Virus record (IMG/VR): IMGVR_UViG_3300021468_000001
Coordinates: 10,683-74,682 of that record
Reading direction: 5' to 3' (one strand)
DNA: 64,000 nt
Source of the DNA: a virus
Both the position numbers and the translations under genes were made by a program. Shown in pieces: positions 36,166 through 46,633 of the stretch. Under the pieces are notes generated by a model, which did not search any database, was not told the DNA's origin, and saw only the letters and a list, made by a program, of their open reading frames with translations. The first letter of the stretch is position 1, and each line of letters opens with the position of its first letter.

Positions 36166-36193
36166 TTGACAAGTCTGTTTTTGCTCGTAAACT
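36166..36193 (+). promoter_or_regulatory. sigma70-type promoter
   Basis: TTGACA-16nt-TAAACT. Confidence 0.6.
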
Positions 36194-36223
36194 TTAGGCA
36201 GGTTATTAAGTGGAGGTTTCAGA

Positions 36224-36601
36224 ATGGCGTTCGTTTACAAGCCCGGGGTCAGGCGGATCGAAGTTGAAATAGAGGATGATGAGGGGAAAGAGGAAAAGAT
36301 TGTGCTTTTCGTCAAGCGGCCTGAAGTTAGCGATCTGGAGGCATACGTGAGGGCTGAAGGGAATACAACGCGAAATACCATGGTTATTCTTTCCCATGTT
36401 GAAGGATGGGAAGGTGTCGTGGATTCAGAGGGAGCAGAGGTTCCGTTCACACGAGAAAACTTTAACCGGCTTCCGCTTGCTGCAGCTCGAATCATAGCGG
36501 AAAAAATTACAGACGTTTTTTTTCGAAGAACCCTTGAGAAAATTGGCGGAGTGGGAGCGAGCGGTACAGGAATTGGCAGTTCGGAAAATCCCAACATGTA
36601 G
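36224..36601 (+). CDS. Tail assembly chaperone (G)
   Basis: VEGWEGVVD..G..VPFTREN motif; between tube and tape measure. Confidence 0.82.
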   Translation: MAFVYKPGVRRIEVEIEDDEGKEEKIVLFVKRPEVSDLEAYVRAEGNTTRNTMVILSHVEGWEGVVDSEGAEVPFTRENFNRLPLAAARIIAEKITDVFFRRTLEKIGGVGASGTGIGSSENPNM

Positions 36602-36905
36602 TGCATGTAGAGAGAAATTTCAGGGCATTCCGGGCCGACCTGATTGCGACAAGCCAGATGGATTTCAGTGGGATTGTCCGCGAGCGCGGATCAATCGGCT
36701 GCCAAAATCTATCCTCTTCAACATCCAACTTGCTCAAGTCTGCATAGAGATTAAGTGTTTGCCGAAACCAGGCGGTTTGCTTTCTCAAGACCTTGAGTTC
36801 TTCTTCGTTTTGATGCGGGTTTTGGAGTTGAGGCAGAAACTGTCTGGTGCGCTTTTAAAAGAATCTCAAGGCCAGATGAGACTTCAACGCTATCCAATCT
36901 ACTAG
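36516..36905 (+). CDS. Tail assembly chaperone frameshift extension (T)
   Basis: Overlapping frame open from 36498, T8 run at 36516-36523; LPKPGGLLSQD motif. Confidence 0.7.
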   Translation, partial: FFFEEPLRKLAEWERAVQELAVRKIPTCSACREKFQGIPGRPDCDKPDGFQWDCPRARINRLPKSILFNIQLAQVCIEIKCLPKPGGLLSQDLEFFFVLMRVLELRQKLSGALLKESQGQMRLQRYPIY

Positions 36906-36967
36906 ACTTGACTTGACATATCCTATTCCCGCCTAAAAGATATTGAGAGGTTACTGAGGAATTTAGT

Positions 36968-39916
36968 ATGCCTGAGTCAAGATTGCGCATAGAAACGGGG
37001 GGGCTTTCGGGCGTTGTTGGCTATCTTGGAAGTCTTGCCTCCCAGGTCCGATCTCTTATACTCGCACCCGGAGCAGCGGTTCCAAGAGATGTTACAGTCC
37101 GTGCACCAACAACAACGCTGTTGAAAAGTGAAGTTTCAATGCTTCTGAGACAGTTAACGCCGGGGGGTATTGGTGGAAAACCAGCGCTGAAAGGAGTCCC
37201 AACTTTTCCCAGAGAAGAAACTATTGCGAAAGGTTTTGGGGGCTTGATAGCGCAAGTTCGGCAGCAAACTGGAATGCGACTAGAGGGGTTGACTCAAATC
37301 CAGCAGGTCGCATCCAGGTTTTCCCGTGATTTTTATCGCTTGATTGCGAAACTTCCAAAACTTGATCCCCGCGTTGCTACTAGAAGAGTCGCTAGCTTTA
37401 TGAAGAGATATGCTGGTATAGGAAAAGATCTTAGTCAGCTATTCACTCGCGAAATAAACCGCTTAATCCCTATCCTTAAAAGAGCAACGCCGGAACACAG
37501 GGCAATTCTTAAAAGACTAGTCGGGGCATTGAGGCGTTATCGGGGAAATTGGACAGCAAACGCGCACAAAATCCAGGCTGAAATGGCTGCTTTTTGTAGA
37601 GCAATTATTAGTGATGTTCATCGGATATCGGAACAGGCGAAAATTCGAAAACTCCCCCGGCCAGCCATCCCAGTTGTTAAAAGAATATACGGCGGTTTGG
37701 TACCGAACGATATAGCTGGGGCTGGTGCGGAAGAGGCGGGAGAAAAGGCAGAGTCGAGATGGAGCAAGACAGGGGGGCACCTTCGGCGCGTCGCATCTTT
37801 AGTTTCGCAAGTTTCTTCATCTTTTACCCGCGCGGGACGGGTTATCGGCGAATCTCTTTTCGCGCCTTTGAAAATTCTCCATAACCTACATATGGAAGTC
37901 AGAAGGTGGATGTTCTCCGCATTGTTGTTCTGGTACTCGATGGACAGATTTTTTAGGCCAGCTGCTGCTGTCATCCGCAAGGTTCAGGCCGCTACTATAA
38001 TGGCAACCGGGGCGTTCAAGGATTGGGGAACCCACCTTTCTTATGTTTCGCGTCTTGGTGGCAAGTTTGCGGTTCCTCTCCGCCAGATTTCTGAAGGATA
38101 TTACACGCTAACGAAGGCTGGGTTTTCCGCGCAAGAATCTCAAAATATGCTTACGGCTTCACTGTCTTACGCCACGATTCACGGCTCTGAACTTCAGGGC
38201 GTAATCGGTCAGTTGATTACAGTCATACATGCGTGGAACTTAAAGGGTGAGGATGCAACGAGGATCGTTAACTCGCTTCAAAATGCAGTTGCAAAGTCTA
38301 ACCTTGGGATCAACGATCTCAACACTGCATTGGGATATGTTGCGAGTTCGGCTGGGGATCTTGGAATATCGCTGAACGAAACGTTGGCCGCAATGATGGC
38401 GCTTCGTGATGCTGGCGTTCGTGCAGGAAGAATCGGGACCGGTCTCCGCAGGGTTATTCAGGGGCTAGTACAGGCGACGGCAAGAGCTGTTGGTGAGCAG
38501 ATGAATGCCAAGGATGCAATTGGAGTGTTAGAAGCATCTGGTGTTCAGTGGAAACGCCTTGCTAGTGCGATTGAAAATGCAGGGAAAGGTCCATCATTTT
38601 TTAGGGTTGCGCTTGAAGAATTAAACAAGGTCGTTCGGGACGGGATTACGGTTCAAGAGCGATATGCATTCAAAGTACTTTTTGGCTTGAGGGGCGTTCA
38701 AGTCGCGACCCTTTTGGCTAGAAAACGCAAAGAAATCCTCGAAGAGAATATTCGGAAACTAGAAGAGAATGCTAGACTTGAAGAAAAAGCTGCTCAGGTT
38801 ACTTCCCAATTTGCCGGCATCTTCGATGTCCTTAACAATCTCTGGTTAATATTTAGAAGCGGTGTACTTGAGGGGTTGGGTACATTTGGGAACGAATTTA
38901 CCAAAACCACTACAAGCATTGCAGATTCCCTATTACAAACTGGGAAGCGCATTGGGACAATGATTGCAAAAGAGTTTGGGATCGAAAACCTTTTTAAGGG
39001 TATTGGGGGTGGATTGCCAAAGACGATAGAGTGGATCGCCGGGGAAATAATGGGATTCATAAAATATATTGGTCGTGGAATCAAGGAAAGTGCTAGAATC
39101 CTAATGGATGCTTTTGGAATGGCTATAGGGAAGGGAAAAGGTGTTGGCGAAACAATTGGGGCAGTGGTTTCTGGAATTCTCATCGGCCTTTCAAAGGTAT
39201 CCGCAATAATCATCAAAATCATTAACGAAATTATGAAGGCTATTGGTGGTGGAGAAAGTTTTGAGAAAACAGTGGCGAAAATGGTGCAGGTATTTGCAAC
39301 ATTAAAACTTGGCGTGGCTGCTGTACTCACGCCCTTTACATCACTGGTAAAACTTGGCTGGCAGTTGACAATGATCTCCGCAATTTTAGGGAAAGGTGGT
39401 CTTTTCGGTGGTGCGGCTGCGGGGAAAGGCGCCGGTCTCTTTGGCGGTGCTGGTTTCCTTGGTGGCGCAAAGTGGATTTTTGGGAAAGCGTTACTGCCGG
39501 TTGGCGCGGGGATAGCGGGCGCAGAAGTAGCCGGAGCTTTTGGCGGAGGGAAATGGTGGCAAATGGGTACGGGAGCGGCCACAGGTGCGGGGGTGGGGTT
39601 TGCAACTGGTGGACCAGTAGGGGCAGTTGTTGGCGCTATTGGCGGAGGGATATATGGATACCTCCGTGGTAGTTCCGAAGAAGCCGCCCAAAGGGAGGCT
39701 GAAATTGCGCGAGAAAGAGCGCTAGACCGACAAGAAAGACTTGAAAGAATTGCTGCTGAAAGAGAACGGAGGTGGGCTGAGTATCGTAGAAAGATTGGGG
39801 TTGAAATCACTCATAAAGGGGGCGGTAAAGAAGAAGAGGAGCGGGTCTATGAAACTATAATATCTGCGCTCAAAAAAGAATATAATGTGATTGCGACTAT
39901 GAGAGAGGAGGCGTGA
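36968..39916 (+). CDS. Tail tape measure protein (TP901 family)
   Basis: 982 aa; SNLGINDLNTALGYV..GISLNETLAAM..AG..GTGLR core; Gly-rich C-terminal segment. Confidence 0.93.
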   Translation: MPESRLRIETGGLSGVVGYLGSLASQVRSLILAPGAAVPRDVTVRAPTTTLLKSEVSMLLRQLTPGGIGGKPALKGVPTFPREETIAKGFGGLIAQVRQQTGMRLEGLTQIQQVASRFSRDFYRLIAKLPKLDPRVATRRVASFMKRYAGIGKDLSQLFTREINRLIPILKRATPEHRAILKRLVGALRRYRGNWTANAHKIQAEMAAFCRAIISDVHRISEQAKIRKLPRPAIPVVKRIYGGLVPNDIAGAGAEEAGEKAESRWSKTGGHLRRVASLVSQVSSSFTRAGRVIGESLFAPLKILHNLHMEVRRWMFSALLFWYSMDRFFRPAAAVIRKVQAATIMATGAFKDWGTHLSYVSRLGGKFAVPLRQISEGYYTLTKAGFSAQESQNMLTASLSYATIHGSELQGVIGQLITVIHAWNLKGEDATRIVNSLQNAVAKSNLGINDLNTALGYVASSAGDLGISLNETLAAMMALRDAGVRAGRIGTGLRRVIQGLVQATARAVGEQMNAKDAIGVLEASGVQWKRLASAIENAGKGPSFFRVALEELNKVVRDGITVQERYAFKVLFGLRGVQVATLLARKRKEILEENIRKLEENARLEEKAAQVTSQFAGIFDVLNNLWLIFRSGVLEGLGTFGNEFTKTTTSIADSLLQTGKRIGTMIAKEFGIENLFKGIGGGLPKTIEWIAGEIMGFIKYIGRGIKESARILMDAFGMAIGKGKGVGETIGAVVSGILIGLSKVSAIIIKIINEIMKAIGGGESFEKTVAKMVQVFATLKLGVAAVLTPFTSLVKLGWQLTMISAILGKGGLFGGAAAGKGAGLFGGAGFLGGAKWIFGKALLPVGAGIAGAEVAGAFGGGKWWQMGTGAATGAGVGFATGGPVGAVVGAIGGGIYGYLRGSSEEAAQREAEIARERALDRQERLERIAAERERRWAEYRRKIGVEITHKGGGKEEEERVYETIISALKKEYNVIATMREEA

Positions 39917-41304
39917 CTGTGGCTTTTGTGATGAAGATTTTTAGCAATTCAAGTTCGTATGAATTTCAGGCTCCTCCACGCTTCAAAGTTTCTGAGGAGA
40001 TGGAAATTGTTGATGACAAAAAAGTTTGGCGTGAGAACTGGGAGTTTGAAGGGCTCGAACCGTGTTCCGGCAATGATGATGCAAAAACCCGGTGGGAAAA
40101 CATCCTTGCAATTCTTCATCCTGAAACCTTTGATGGCTTCACGATTTATAAAGATATTGGTGGATCTTTGATCTCTTTCATTTCGAGGCGCGATGCTGAC
40201 TGTCTTGTTCGCCCAAGAATCGGGGCCGTAAGCCTGCCGAGCTCTGGCGCTGATGCAGCTTGGGCAACAAATATACGTTACTCGTTTACCGTTTCGGCAC
40301 TTCCTCGGTATAGTGATCTTGCAACTGGAGAAGCCAGAAGGAACTGGCGCGTCGAAATCCAGATCGACGAATTGGGATTTATGGCGATTACGGAAAGTGG
40401 GGAGGTAGAGTATTCTGAAGAACCGAATCATGGCCCGTTGCCGCGTATGTCACCGAGTAAGCGCAGATTCGAATCTAAGGGGCTAAGAACAACGTGGAGT
40501 GAAGGAAAACGCAAGTGCTCATATTCTTATTCATGGAAGGAGAGGCGTTTTGTTCTTGATGAGGATATGGATGTAGTCGGATTGCAATTTTCCTGTAACA
40601 GGTCGTTTGCGCCTTTTTTTAAGCGATTTGAGATAAAGATTTCATGTGGTGTTCCGAAGGCAAAAGGTGGTGCGGTCAGATGGTCAAGCGAGTTGGGAAA
40701 GTTTAAGCGGAGTGGCGGTGCTGTTCGTGTGGGAATGATAAGTTCTGAACCTGATGTTACACCAACCGAGTTTTTGGATTCGCTTCCTCCCGAAGCAAAA
40801 GATGTTGCGGTAAAAATTGAGGAAGCGCTAGTTCCATCTTCTGCGTTTGATATTGATAGGCGTGCATCGTGGGATTCTGAATCAAGGAACCTTTCGCTTG
40901 ATTTGTCGTATTCGGTTTTGAAATCTGATGCGAAGTGGGTCTCCCTTTCGTTTTCACTTGATTTACAAGAATCCTTGCCATCTGTGTCTGAATTTAAGAG
41001 AGCATACGGGCGGTACCCCATTCTGTTCTTTTCCGGCAACAACGCAAAGCGGATTGCGGTTTCGATTCGAGTTGAAAGCCTATCTCAGATTCCGAATGAG
41101 AACCTTTTGTTCCCAAGGATAGAGACGGGGCTTTGGTGGTCAAGGCGGCGTGTCCGAAAGGGCGTTGCAAAGATTTTTAATGATGGCACCTATTCTTGGG
41201 CCTACTCGGCCGACGGTGAGTTGGTCGTTCCAGAGTCGTCTAGAAGTGTGAGCCTTTCGGGGATTACATCCAAGATATTTGCCGCACTGGGGGTATCGCC
41301 GTGA
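39913..41304 (+). CDS. Distal tail / tail tip protein
   Basis: Directly after tape measure, beta-rich; positional assignment. Confidence 0.55.
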   Translation: MTVAFVMKIFSNSSSYEFQAPPRFKVSEEMEIVDDKKVWRENWEFEGLEPCSGNDDAKTRWENILAILHPETFDGFTIYKDIGGSLISFISRRDADCLVRPRIGAVSLPSSGADAAWATNIRYSFTVSALPRYSDLATGEARRNWRVEIQIDELGFMAITESGEVEYSEEPNHGPLPRMSPSKRRFESKGLRTTWSEGKRKCSYSYSWKERRFVLDEDMDVVGLQFSCNRSFAPFFKRFEIKISCGVPKAKGGAVRWSSELGKFKRSGGAVRVGMISSEPDVTPTEFLDSLPPEAKDVAVKIEEALVPSSAFDIDRRASWDSESRNLSLDLSYSVLKSDAKWVSLSFSLDLQESLPSVSEFKRAYGRYPILFFSGNNAKRIAVSIRVESLSQIPNENLLFPRIETGLWWSRRRVRKGVAKIFNDGTYSWAYSADGELVVPESSRSVSLSGITSKIFAALGVSP

Positions 41305-44300
41305 CCAAGGTATTTTCGGGCGTTGCCAGGCTAGTTGATCTTAATGTTATAAAAGGAGGAAAGTTCGGACCATCTCCAAGGGAGCGTATCCGCAGTGGGA
41401 AATTTCATACGCGAGTTACTGTTGGCGGTTCTGGAGGACAGAATACCGCTGCTGTACCGCCCCCTCAAAAATTGCTTTCGCAAAAAGAGTTCGAGGTAGT
41501 TGAGTTTACGATGACAAGACAGTCGGGGGTTTCCCCTTCGAAGGGAAGCACCATTATTCTTGGTCCCCCGGGTATCGCAACTGCCTTAAAAACCCGTCCG
41601 TTCATTGAGTTTGACCTGCTTGAAGAAGATCTTGAATTGAACTCTACTGTGAAAAGAAAAATTAGAAAACTGAAAGTAGTTCGTTACGAAGAAGTCATGC
41701 CGCGCTTGTCGAAGAAGGTCCCAGCTGGGATGCTTGCTTATAAAGTAGAGTTTGAGGACTTTCGATGGATACTCAATTTTGGTGGCGTTTTTGGGGAGTT
41801 CAATATAATCCAAGACTTTGCGTTCGACGGAAAGCCGATATTCAAAAGGCATTCATTAAAGAAGGACGGAACTCCTTGGTTATACGGGGAATTGATTTCG
41901 TTAGTTCTCAAAAGCTTGTTAGTCTCATTTGAAGGCGGGCGAGAGAATGTCGATTGCAAAGTGATTTTCCTTACAAAAGGAAAATCGGAGACAAGGACGA
42001 GGGCGGTGGTGGCGGAGCCCCAATTAGGCTCGCATCTTACTGGAGATGTGATTGACGTTGCTTTTGAAAGTAAGGAAACGGCATTGGGAAACTTTCCTTG
42101 GAATAAAAAGTGGTGGGGCACTTCTAGGAGGGCGGTTCTTAATGAGTTGCTAAGAGAAATAGGTTATGAACTTTCTATAGATGATGCTGGTGATATATTT
42201 ATAGTTCCGCAGCCCAAACAAGTTGATGTTAGAGTTTCAGGAATTGAAGACGAGAAAAGCCCGCGGGTGGGGCTTTTCAAGGGGGCCGTCCCCGAAAAGG
42301 TGTTTGTAATTGGTGCGAAATCCGTAAGAATGGAACTTGTTGAGGCAATGCTTCCACAATCAAAATCGTACCAACAGACAGTTTCAGATTTTATAGAAGA
42401 AATTGGGGCTAGCACTTCACTTGCAACTGCGAATGACGCAATCGCAAAGTTTATTGCGAGAAAGTTCAACGAGTTAGCCGGGACGGTTGATTATCCTATT
42501 TGGCCAGCAATTCCAGATCTTTCTGGTCGCTGGCGCATTCTTTGGGATATTTTGGACCAGTGGGATATAGATATAGGCGGGTTTTGTCTTTGGATGGGAT
42601 CGCAAGAAAGCATCAAAACGCTGCAGGACAATATCCCGCATGATCCTCCTAATGCAGCACTGCCAGAAGTTTTGTATCCGGAAGAGGTTGAATTTGTAGA
42701 AACGCTTTTGAAACTCGGGCTTCCGGTTGATTGCAAGCAAACAAAAGCATCTTTACTTCATGCAAATGCTTTTAAGGCTTGGTGGTTAAAAGGGCCAATA
42801 AGAGTGGAATATAATTGGGATGCCGAACAGAAAAAAATCATCTCGGATTTTGCAGGAGATGTTCCGAGCGGTACCACGGAACTTGACTCAGAGCAGTTTC
42901 TCCCGCTTCGAGATTTTCTTTCTCCGATATGGGTTTTTTCTAGCAAGGAGAAAGAAGAGGGCAAAGATGGTCTCATAAATCTTTTTGGCGATTCAAAAGG
43001 ATCAAGGGCGGGTAAGCATGGTTACGGTTCTGCGCGGCAAAAAGTGCGAATGTTGGCCTGGCTTCCTGAGTGGTCAAAACATCTTTCCGGTCAACTTGGA
43101 TGGTACGAGCCCAGATTTTGCGAGTCTTGGGCAAAAACGTTTAAGACGGTTGCGTCATTAGGGTATGTTGCTCCATCTTTGTTGAGAAAACAGGGATTCA
43201 CGCTTGAGCAACCGATGGTGTTGGATGCACAGAAGGGAGTAATCGCATTTGCGAACCGTACGCGCGGTCTTCGAATTCCGAACCCAGGTCTTTCTGAACA
43301 CTCGCCGTTCATGCCATTCATCCAGCCTATGTCGCTATTATTTGCATTTGAGTCGCATGATGAACGGCTTGGCGTCCTCAACTTTTTCATTCATGAGGTC
43401 AAGCGGCCTAATAAAGATAGGTTTATGTACCCGATAAAGGGATTGGCCAAGTTTGTAAGAATTGAGGAGCTCAGGGAGTATATCAGGCTTGGAGAAAGCG
43501 TAAATCGCGAGGAGCTTTGCAATCTAGTTGATGAGTTTGCGCCCCAAATTTGGGATGCTGCGGTTGAAGGAAGGAGTCAGCGGATCTCGACTAGGGTGGG
43601 GACGATTTCTCTTGATGCGAGTTCGATCTATCCTCAATCGAGCATAACATGGCGGGCAAAGGGCGAAACGTCTACGTCAATCGAGATCTCTTCGCCTCAT
43701 AAAGCGGGGATGCCGCTTCTCCCGTTAAAGCGCCGGATTGCTCGTGACTGGGGCGAAAAAAGAAAAGACCACGATCTAACGTTGTTTTCCCACGATGCGG
43801 CAAGTGATTTTGCAGATGGAAGAGATGAGTTTGCAGAAAAGCAGGTTCTGGCACCTGACCGCTCATCGGAGGAGCGCCGACTTCTGAATGCGCAGCACTT
43901 CGGGATACTCGGCATGTATGATCCGAATGAAGATGAGGATGTTATTGCCGCTGAGGTTGTTCTTGCGCGCCCAGACTGGCACATTCACTCGCTTTCGAAA
44001 ATTGGCCCGTTGCTCTCCCGCGAACCAATAGGACAAGATCCAGCCGGGTATGGTTCCAACGAGTTTATGATTTTGTATGGTCATTTTTGGTGGACACCAA
44101 ATGTTGACAAAGCAGGCTGCGGCCACTCGCATAAAATTGGCGGGTTTTGGTATCCCTATGTGCGGCTTCCATTGAGAATTCTGACTGGAGGACCGAAGAG
44201 TTCCTGGCAACGCGCCGGGAGTGATTTGTATCCTGATGTTACTTCTGTTGGTAGAGTCACGGGGCTTGTTTTCCCGCAGGGATCGGACAAAAAGGCCAGG

Positions 44301-44690
44301 CTTGAACTAAATGTAATGAACCGTCCCGAGCAAAATGGGGAGCCTGTAAAGTTTGGGTTGCTTTTTGAGTATGTTTTTACGGATACCGCGAGCGACAAAA
44401 ACGCTGTGTTTCAGTTTGATTACGTTTCGCATTCCCAAGGCGACTCCGTAACTGATCCCATTCCATCTACCCTAACGGTTTCCCTTTCGATAGACGGCGA
44501 TGCAGGAGTGCTCCAAAAAAGAACCTTGGTGGTATTCCCGGATGGCTTCGACGCCTGGTCTCTTTCGGCAATTGATATTTCAAGACCAAGTCATGCTTCA
44601 GATACATATACCGGCGATGTAATCGTATTGGGAGTCAAGCCGGTTTATGGATTGGATGAAATGATTTCCATAGGAGGAGCACCATCATGA
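41301..44690 (+). CDS. Large tail tip/hub protein
   Basis: 1129 aa; position; LNELL..GYELSIDDAGDIFI hub-like motif. Confidence 0.6.
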   Translation: MTKVFSGVARLVDLNVIKGGKFGPSPRERIRSGKFHTRVTVGGSGGQNTAAVPPPQKLLSQKEFEVVEFTMTRQSGVSPSKGSTIILGPPGIATALKTRPFIEFDLLEEDLELNSTVKRKIRKLKVVRYEEVMPRLSKKVPAGMLAYKVEFEDFRWILNFGGVFGEFNIIQDFAFDGKPIFKRHSLKKDGTPWLYGELISLVLKSLLVSFEGGRENVDCKVIFLTKGKSETRTRAVVAEPQLGSHLTGDVIDVAFESKETALGNFPWNKKWWGTSRRAVLNELLREIGYELSIDDAGDIFIVPQPKQVDVRVSGIEDEKSPRVGLFKGAVPEKVFVIGAKSVRMELVEAMLPQSKSYQQTVSDFIEEIGASTSLATANDAIAKFIARKFNELAGTVDYPIWPAIPDLSGRWRILWDILDQWDIDIGGFCLWMGSQESIKTLQDNIPHDPPNAALPEVLYPEEVEFVETLLKLGLPVDCKQTKASLLHANAFKAWWLKGPIRVEYNWDAEQKKIISDFAGDVPSGTTELDSEQFLPLRDFLSPIWVFSSKEKEEGKDGLINLFGDSKGSRAGKHGYGSARQKVRMLAWLPEWSKHLSGQLGWYEPRFCESWAKTFKTVASLGYVAPSLLRKQGFTLEQPMVLDAQKGVIAFANRTRGLRIPNPGLSEHSPFMPFIQPMSLLFAFESHDERLGVLNFFIHEVKRPNKDRFMYPIKGLAKFVRIEELREYIRLGESVNREELCNLVDEFAPQIWDAAVEGRSQRISTRVGTISLDASSIYPQSSITWRAKGETSTSIEISSPHKAGMPLLPLKRRIARDWGEKRKDHDLTLFSHDAASDFADGRDEFAEKQVLAPDRSSEERRLLNAQHFGILGMYDPNEDEDVIAAEVVLARPDWHIHSLSKIGPLLSREPIGQDPAGYGSNEFMILYGHFWWTPNVDKAGCGHSHKIGGFWYPYVRLPLRILTGGPKSSWQRAGSDLYPDVTSVGRVTGLVFPQGSDKKARLELNVMNRPEQNGEPVKFGLLFEYVFTDTASDKNAVFQFDYVSHSQGDSVTDPIPSTLTVSLSIDGDAGVLQKRTLVVFPDGFDAWSLSAIDISRPSHASDTYTGDVIVLGVKPVYGLDEMISIGGAPS

Positions 44691-45295
44691 AGGACTACTG
44701 GGCAGAAAGAGTAAAGCGCCAGGGCTTTCTTTACGTTGGGAATAATAAATACCGCAGTATGGACGACTTAAATCGCCAAACGTCTCTAATTCTGCCATTT
44801 TTGAGGTCTGCGAAAGATAGGGTGGCCGCCGAACTTGATGCACCGTATCGCGTTCTTGACTTCGGATGCGGGTGGGGACGGTTTTGTGAATTTTTCTCCT
44901 TCCCATTTGACTGGGTTGGCATTGATATTTGCGAGGCAGCAGCAAAACTTTCAGGCAACCCAAAAATTTCTATCTACGATGGAGATGATTTGCCGTATAA
45001 AGATGGAGTGTTTTCTTTGGTTCTAGCAATTTTTGTTTTTCAGCATATTGTAGATGACTCAGAGCTGCGCATCTCAATTCTTGAAATAGTAAGAGTCTTG
45101 AAAGACAATGGGTTTTTGTTTGTGGTTGACAATGCGGCCGTGAACCGGAAGTTTGTTAAAAGTAGGCCGGGTCTTGTAAAAATGCTAAAGGCTTACGGTT
45201 TCCAATTAGATTTCGAGACTCAAATTTTGATTGACGGGGAAAGCCATAACGTGTATCTTTTCTGCTGGCGACCATCACCGATGGTAACGAGTTAA
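44687..45295 (+). CDS. Class I SAM-dependent methyltransferase
   Basis: VLDFGCGWGR, GIDI, LPY, VFQHI, RVLK. Confidence 0.9.
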   Translation: MKDYWAERVKRQGFLYVGNNKYRSMDDLNRQTSLILPFLRSAKDRVAAELDAPYRVLDFGCGWGRFCEFFSFPFDWVGIDICEAAAKLSGNPKISIYDGDDLPYKDGVFSLVLAIFVFQHIVDDSELRISILEIVRVLKDNGFLFVVDNAAVNRKFVKSRPGLVKMLKAYGFQLDFETQILIDGESHNVYLFCWRPSPMVTS

Positions 45296-45308
45296 TGGAG
45301 GTAGATTG

Positions 45309-46457
45309 ATGCCGCAAGTTGCTTGGCCGGTTGAACATCTACCAACAGGACATCATTCGCTAGTTGCCGATCTTCCCATGAACGGAAACTTTCTCAAGGA
45401 ACCAGGTGGCGTCAAGGATTCGGCGGGCAATAAACACACAATCTACGTGGAAGAAGGCGATGACATCAAGTCCATAATCGAAGCCGCGCCCGCAGGCTCA
45501 AAGGTGTATATCTTGAGCGGCACCCATACCTTTACCGATACTATCAACCCGCCCGACGGCGTAGAAATCGAAGGCGAAAACAAACATAAGACCATTCTCA
45601 ACTTCAAACCTTCGGCAAATAACAAGGCCGCTTTTGGCTGGAGTGCTGTTGATTGTCTATTTAAGGCCCATAATTTCACGCTGCAATATGACGATTCGGT
45701 TGCGGGAAGCCCGACGTGGGGATGCTATGGATTCAGCATCAAATATGTCGGCTCAACGAAGTTGTTTGCGGTCCAACTTGAGAACTTGATAATCACCGAC
45801 TTTCATTCGGGAATAGTGTGGGCGGGCAACAAGTATAAGTACACCAGCATGTTTTTGCGCAATATCCTTTGTAAAAGTTGCTCGTATGCAGGCTTTTACG
45901 GCGGCGGATATCATTCCCTGTTTACTTCGATAACGGCGCGAAGTTGCGGTATCGGTTTTTACTTCAGCAATCAATTCGCTACAACCGTCAACATGTTTGA
46001 AACCGTCGATTGCAGCACTGGTATTCTGGTTTATTCGCAGTCAGGCGAAAGCGCTCGGTATCCGGGTAGCCTTTTCACAAACGGCATTATCGTCAGGCCG
46101 ACAAATGCAGTGTGGTTGCGGACCACCGGTAGCGGTACTGACCTGCGTCGCCTTCACGCCCCCCGCATAACGAACGTCAGAATCAATAACTGCTCGGGCA
46201 AAATGGTCGCCTGTGGCGGCATCAACAACCTCGGCTACATTGACGGCATCGTCCTTGAAAACATAGAGCATCTCACAGGCGACGAAGCAGGAACGTCTAT
46301 CGTCACGCCGGATTACGGGCTTTACATCAACGTTGCGAGCGACATAGACTTCGCCAAGGTATTCGGCTGTGACTTCTCTGCCGCTACGACCCCCGTCTAT
46401 ATCGCCGCCGGTGCGAACACAAACTGGAGCACATGCTGGAAGGAGGTTCTGATATGA
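45309..46457 (+). CDS. Tailspike-like parallel beta-helix (pectate lyase-like) protein
   Basis: IKSIIEAAPAGSKVYILSGTH..EIEGE entry motif; Asn/Gly/Cys beta-helix rungs. Confidence 0.75.
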   Translation: MPQVAWPVEHLPTGHHSLVADLPMNGNFLKEPGGVKDSAGNKHTIYVEEGDDIKSIIEAAPAGSKVYILSGTHTFTDTINPPDGVEIEGENKHKTILNFKPSANNKAAFGWSAVDCLFKAHNFTLQYDDSVAGSPTWGCYGFSIKYVGSTKLFAVQLENLIITDFHSGIVWAGNKYKYTSMFLRNILCKSCSYAGFYGGGYHSLFTSITARSCGIGFYFSNQFATTVNMFETVDCSTGILVYSQSGESARYPGSLFTNGIIVRPTNAVWLRTTGSGTDLRRLHAPRITNVRINNCSGKMVACGGINNLGYIDGIVLENIEHLTGDEAGTSIVTPDYGLYINVASDIDFAKVFGCDFSAATTPVYIAAGANTNWSTCWKEVLI

Positions 46458-46633
46458 GAGTGAAGCGTGAGGTGCCGGTCGAGCGGCTTGAAGTATTCCC
46501 TGATGGGCGTGCGGTTATCTGGCTTGCGGGCGGAGAAGGTGTCGAAGTCCATTTGCCGGAGAAGGTGATGAGCGCGATTGTCAATGCGCTTGCCGCGAAG
46601 GTGGAGGTCATAACCGATGACCGTGAGGCGTAG
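46454..46633 (+). CDS. Small hypothetical protein
   Basis: GGAGG RBS, ATG overlapping the previous stop. Confidence 0.6.
   Translation: MRVKREVPVERLEVFPDGRAVIWLAGGEGVEVHLPEKVMSAIVNALAAKVEVITDDREA

Noticed and set aside
38794-39810. 338-aa minus-strand ORF
   Set aside because: Antisense shadow of the Gly-rich tape measure region
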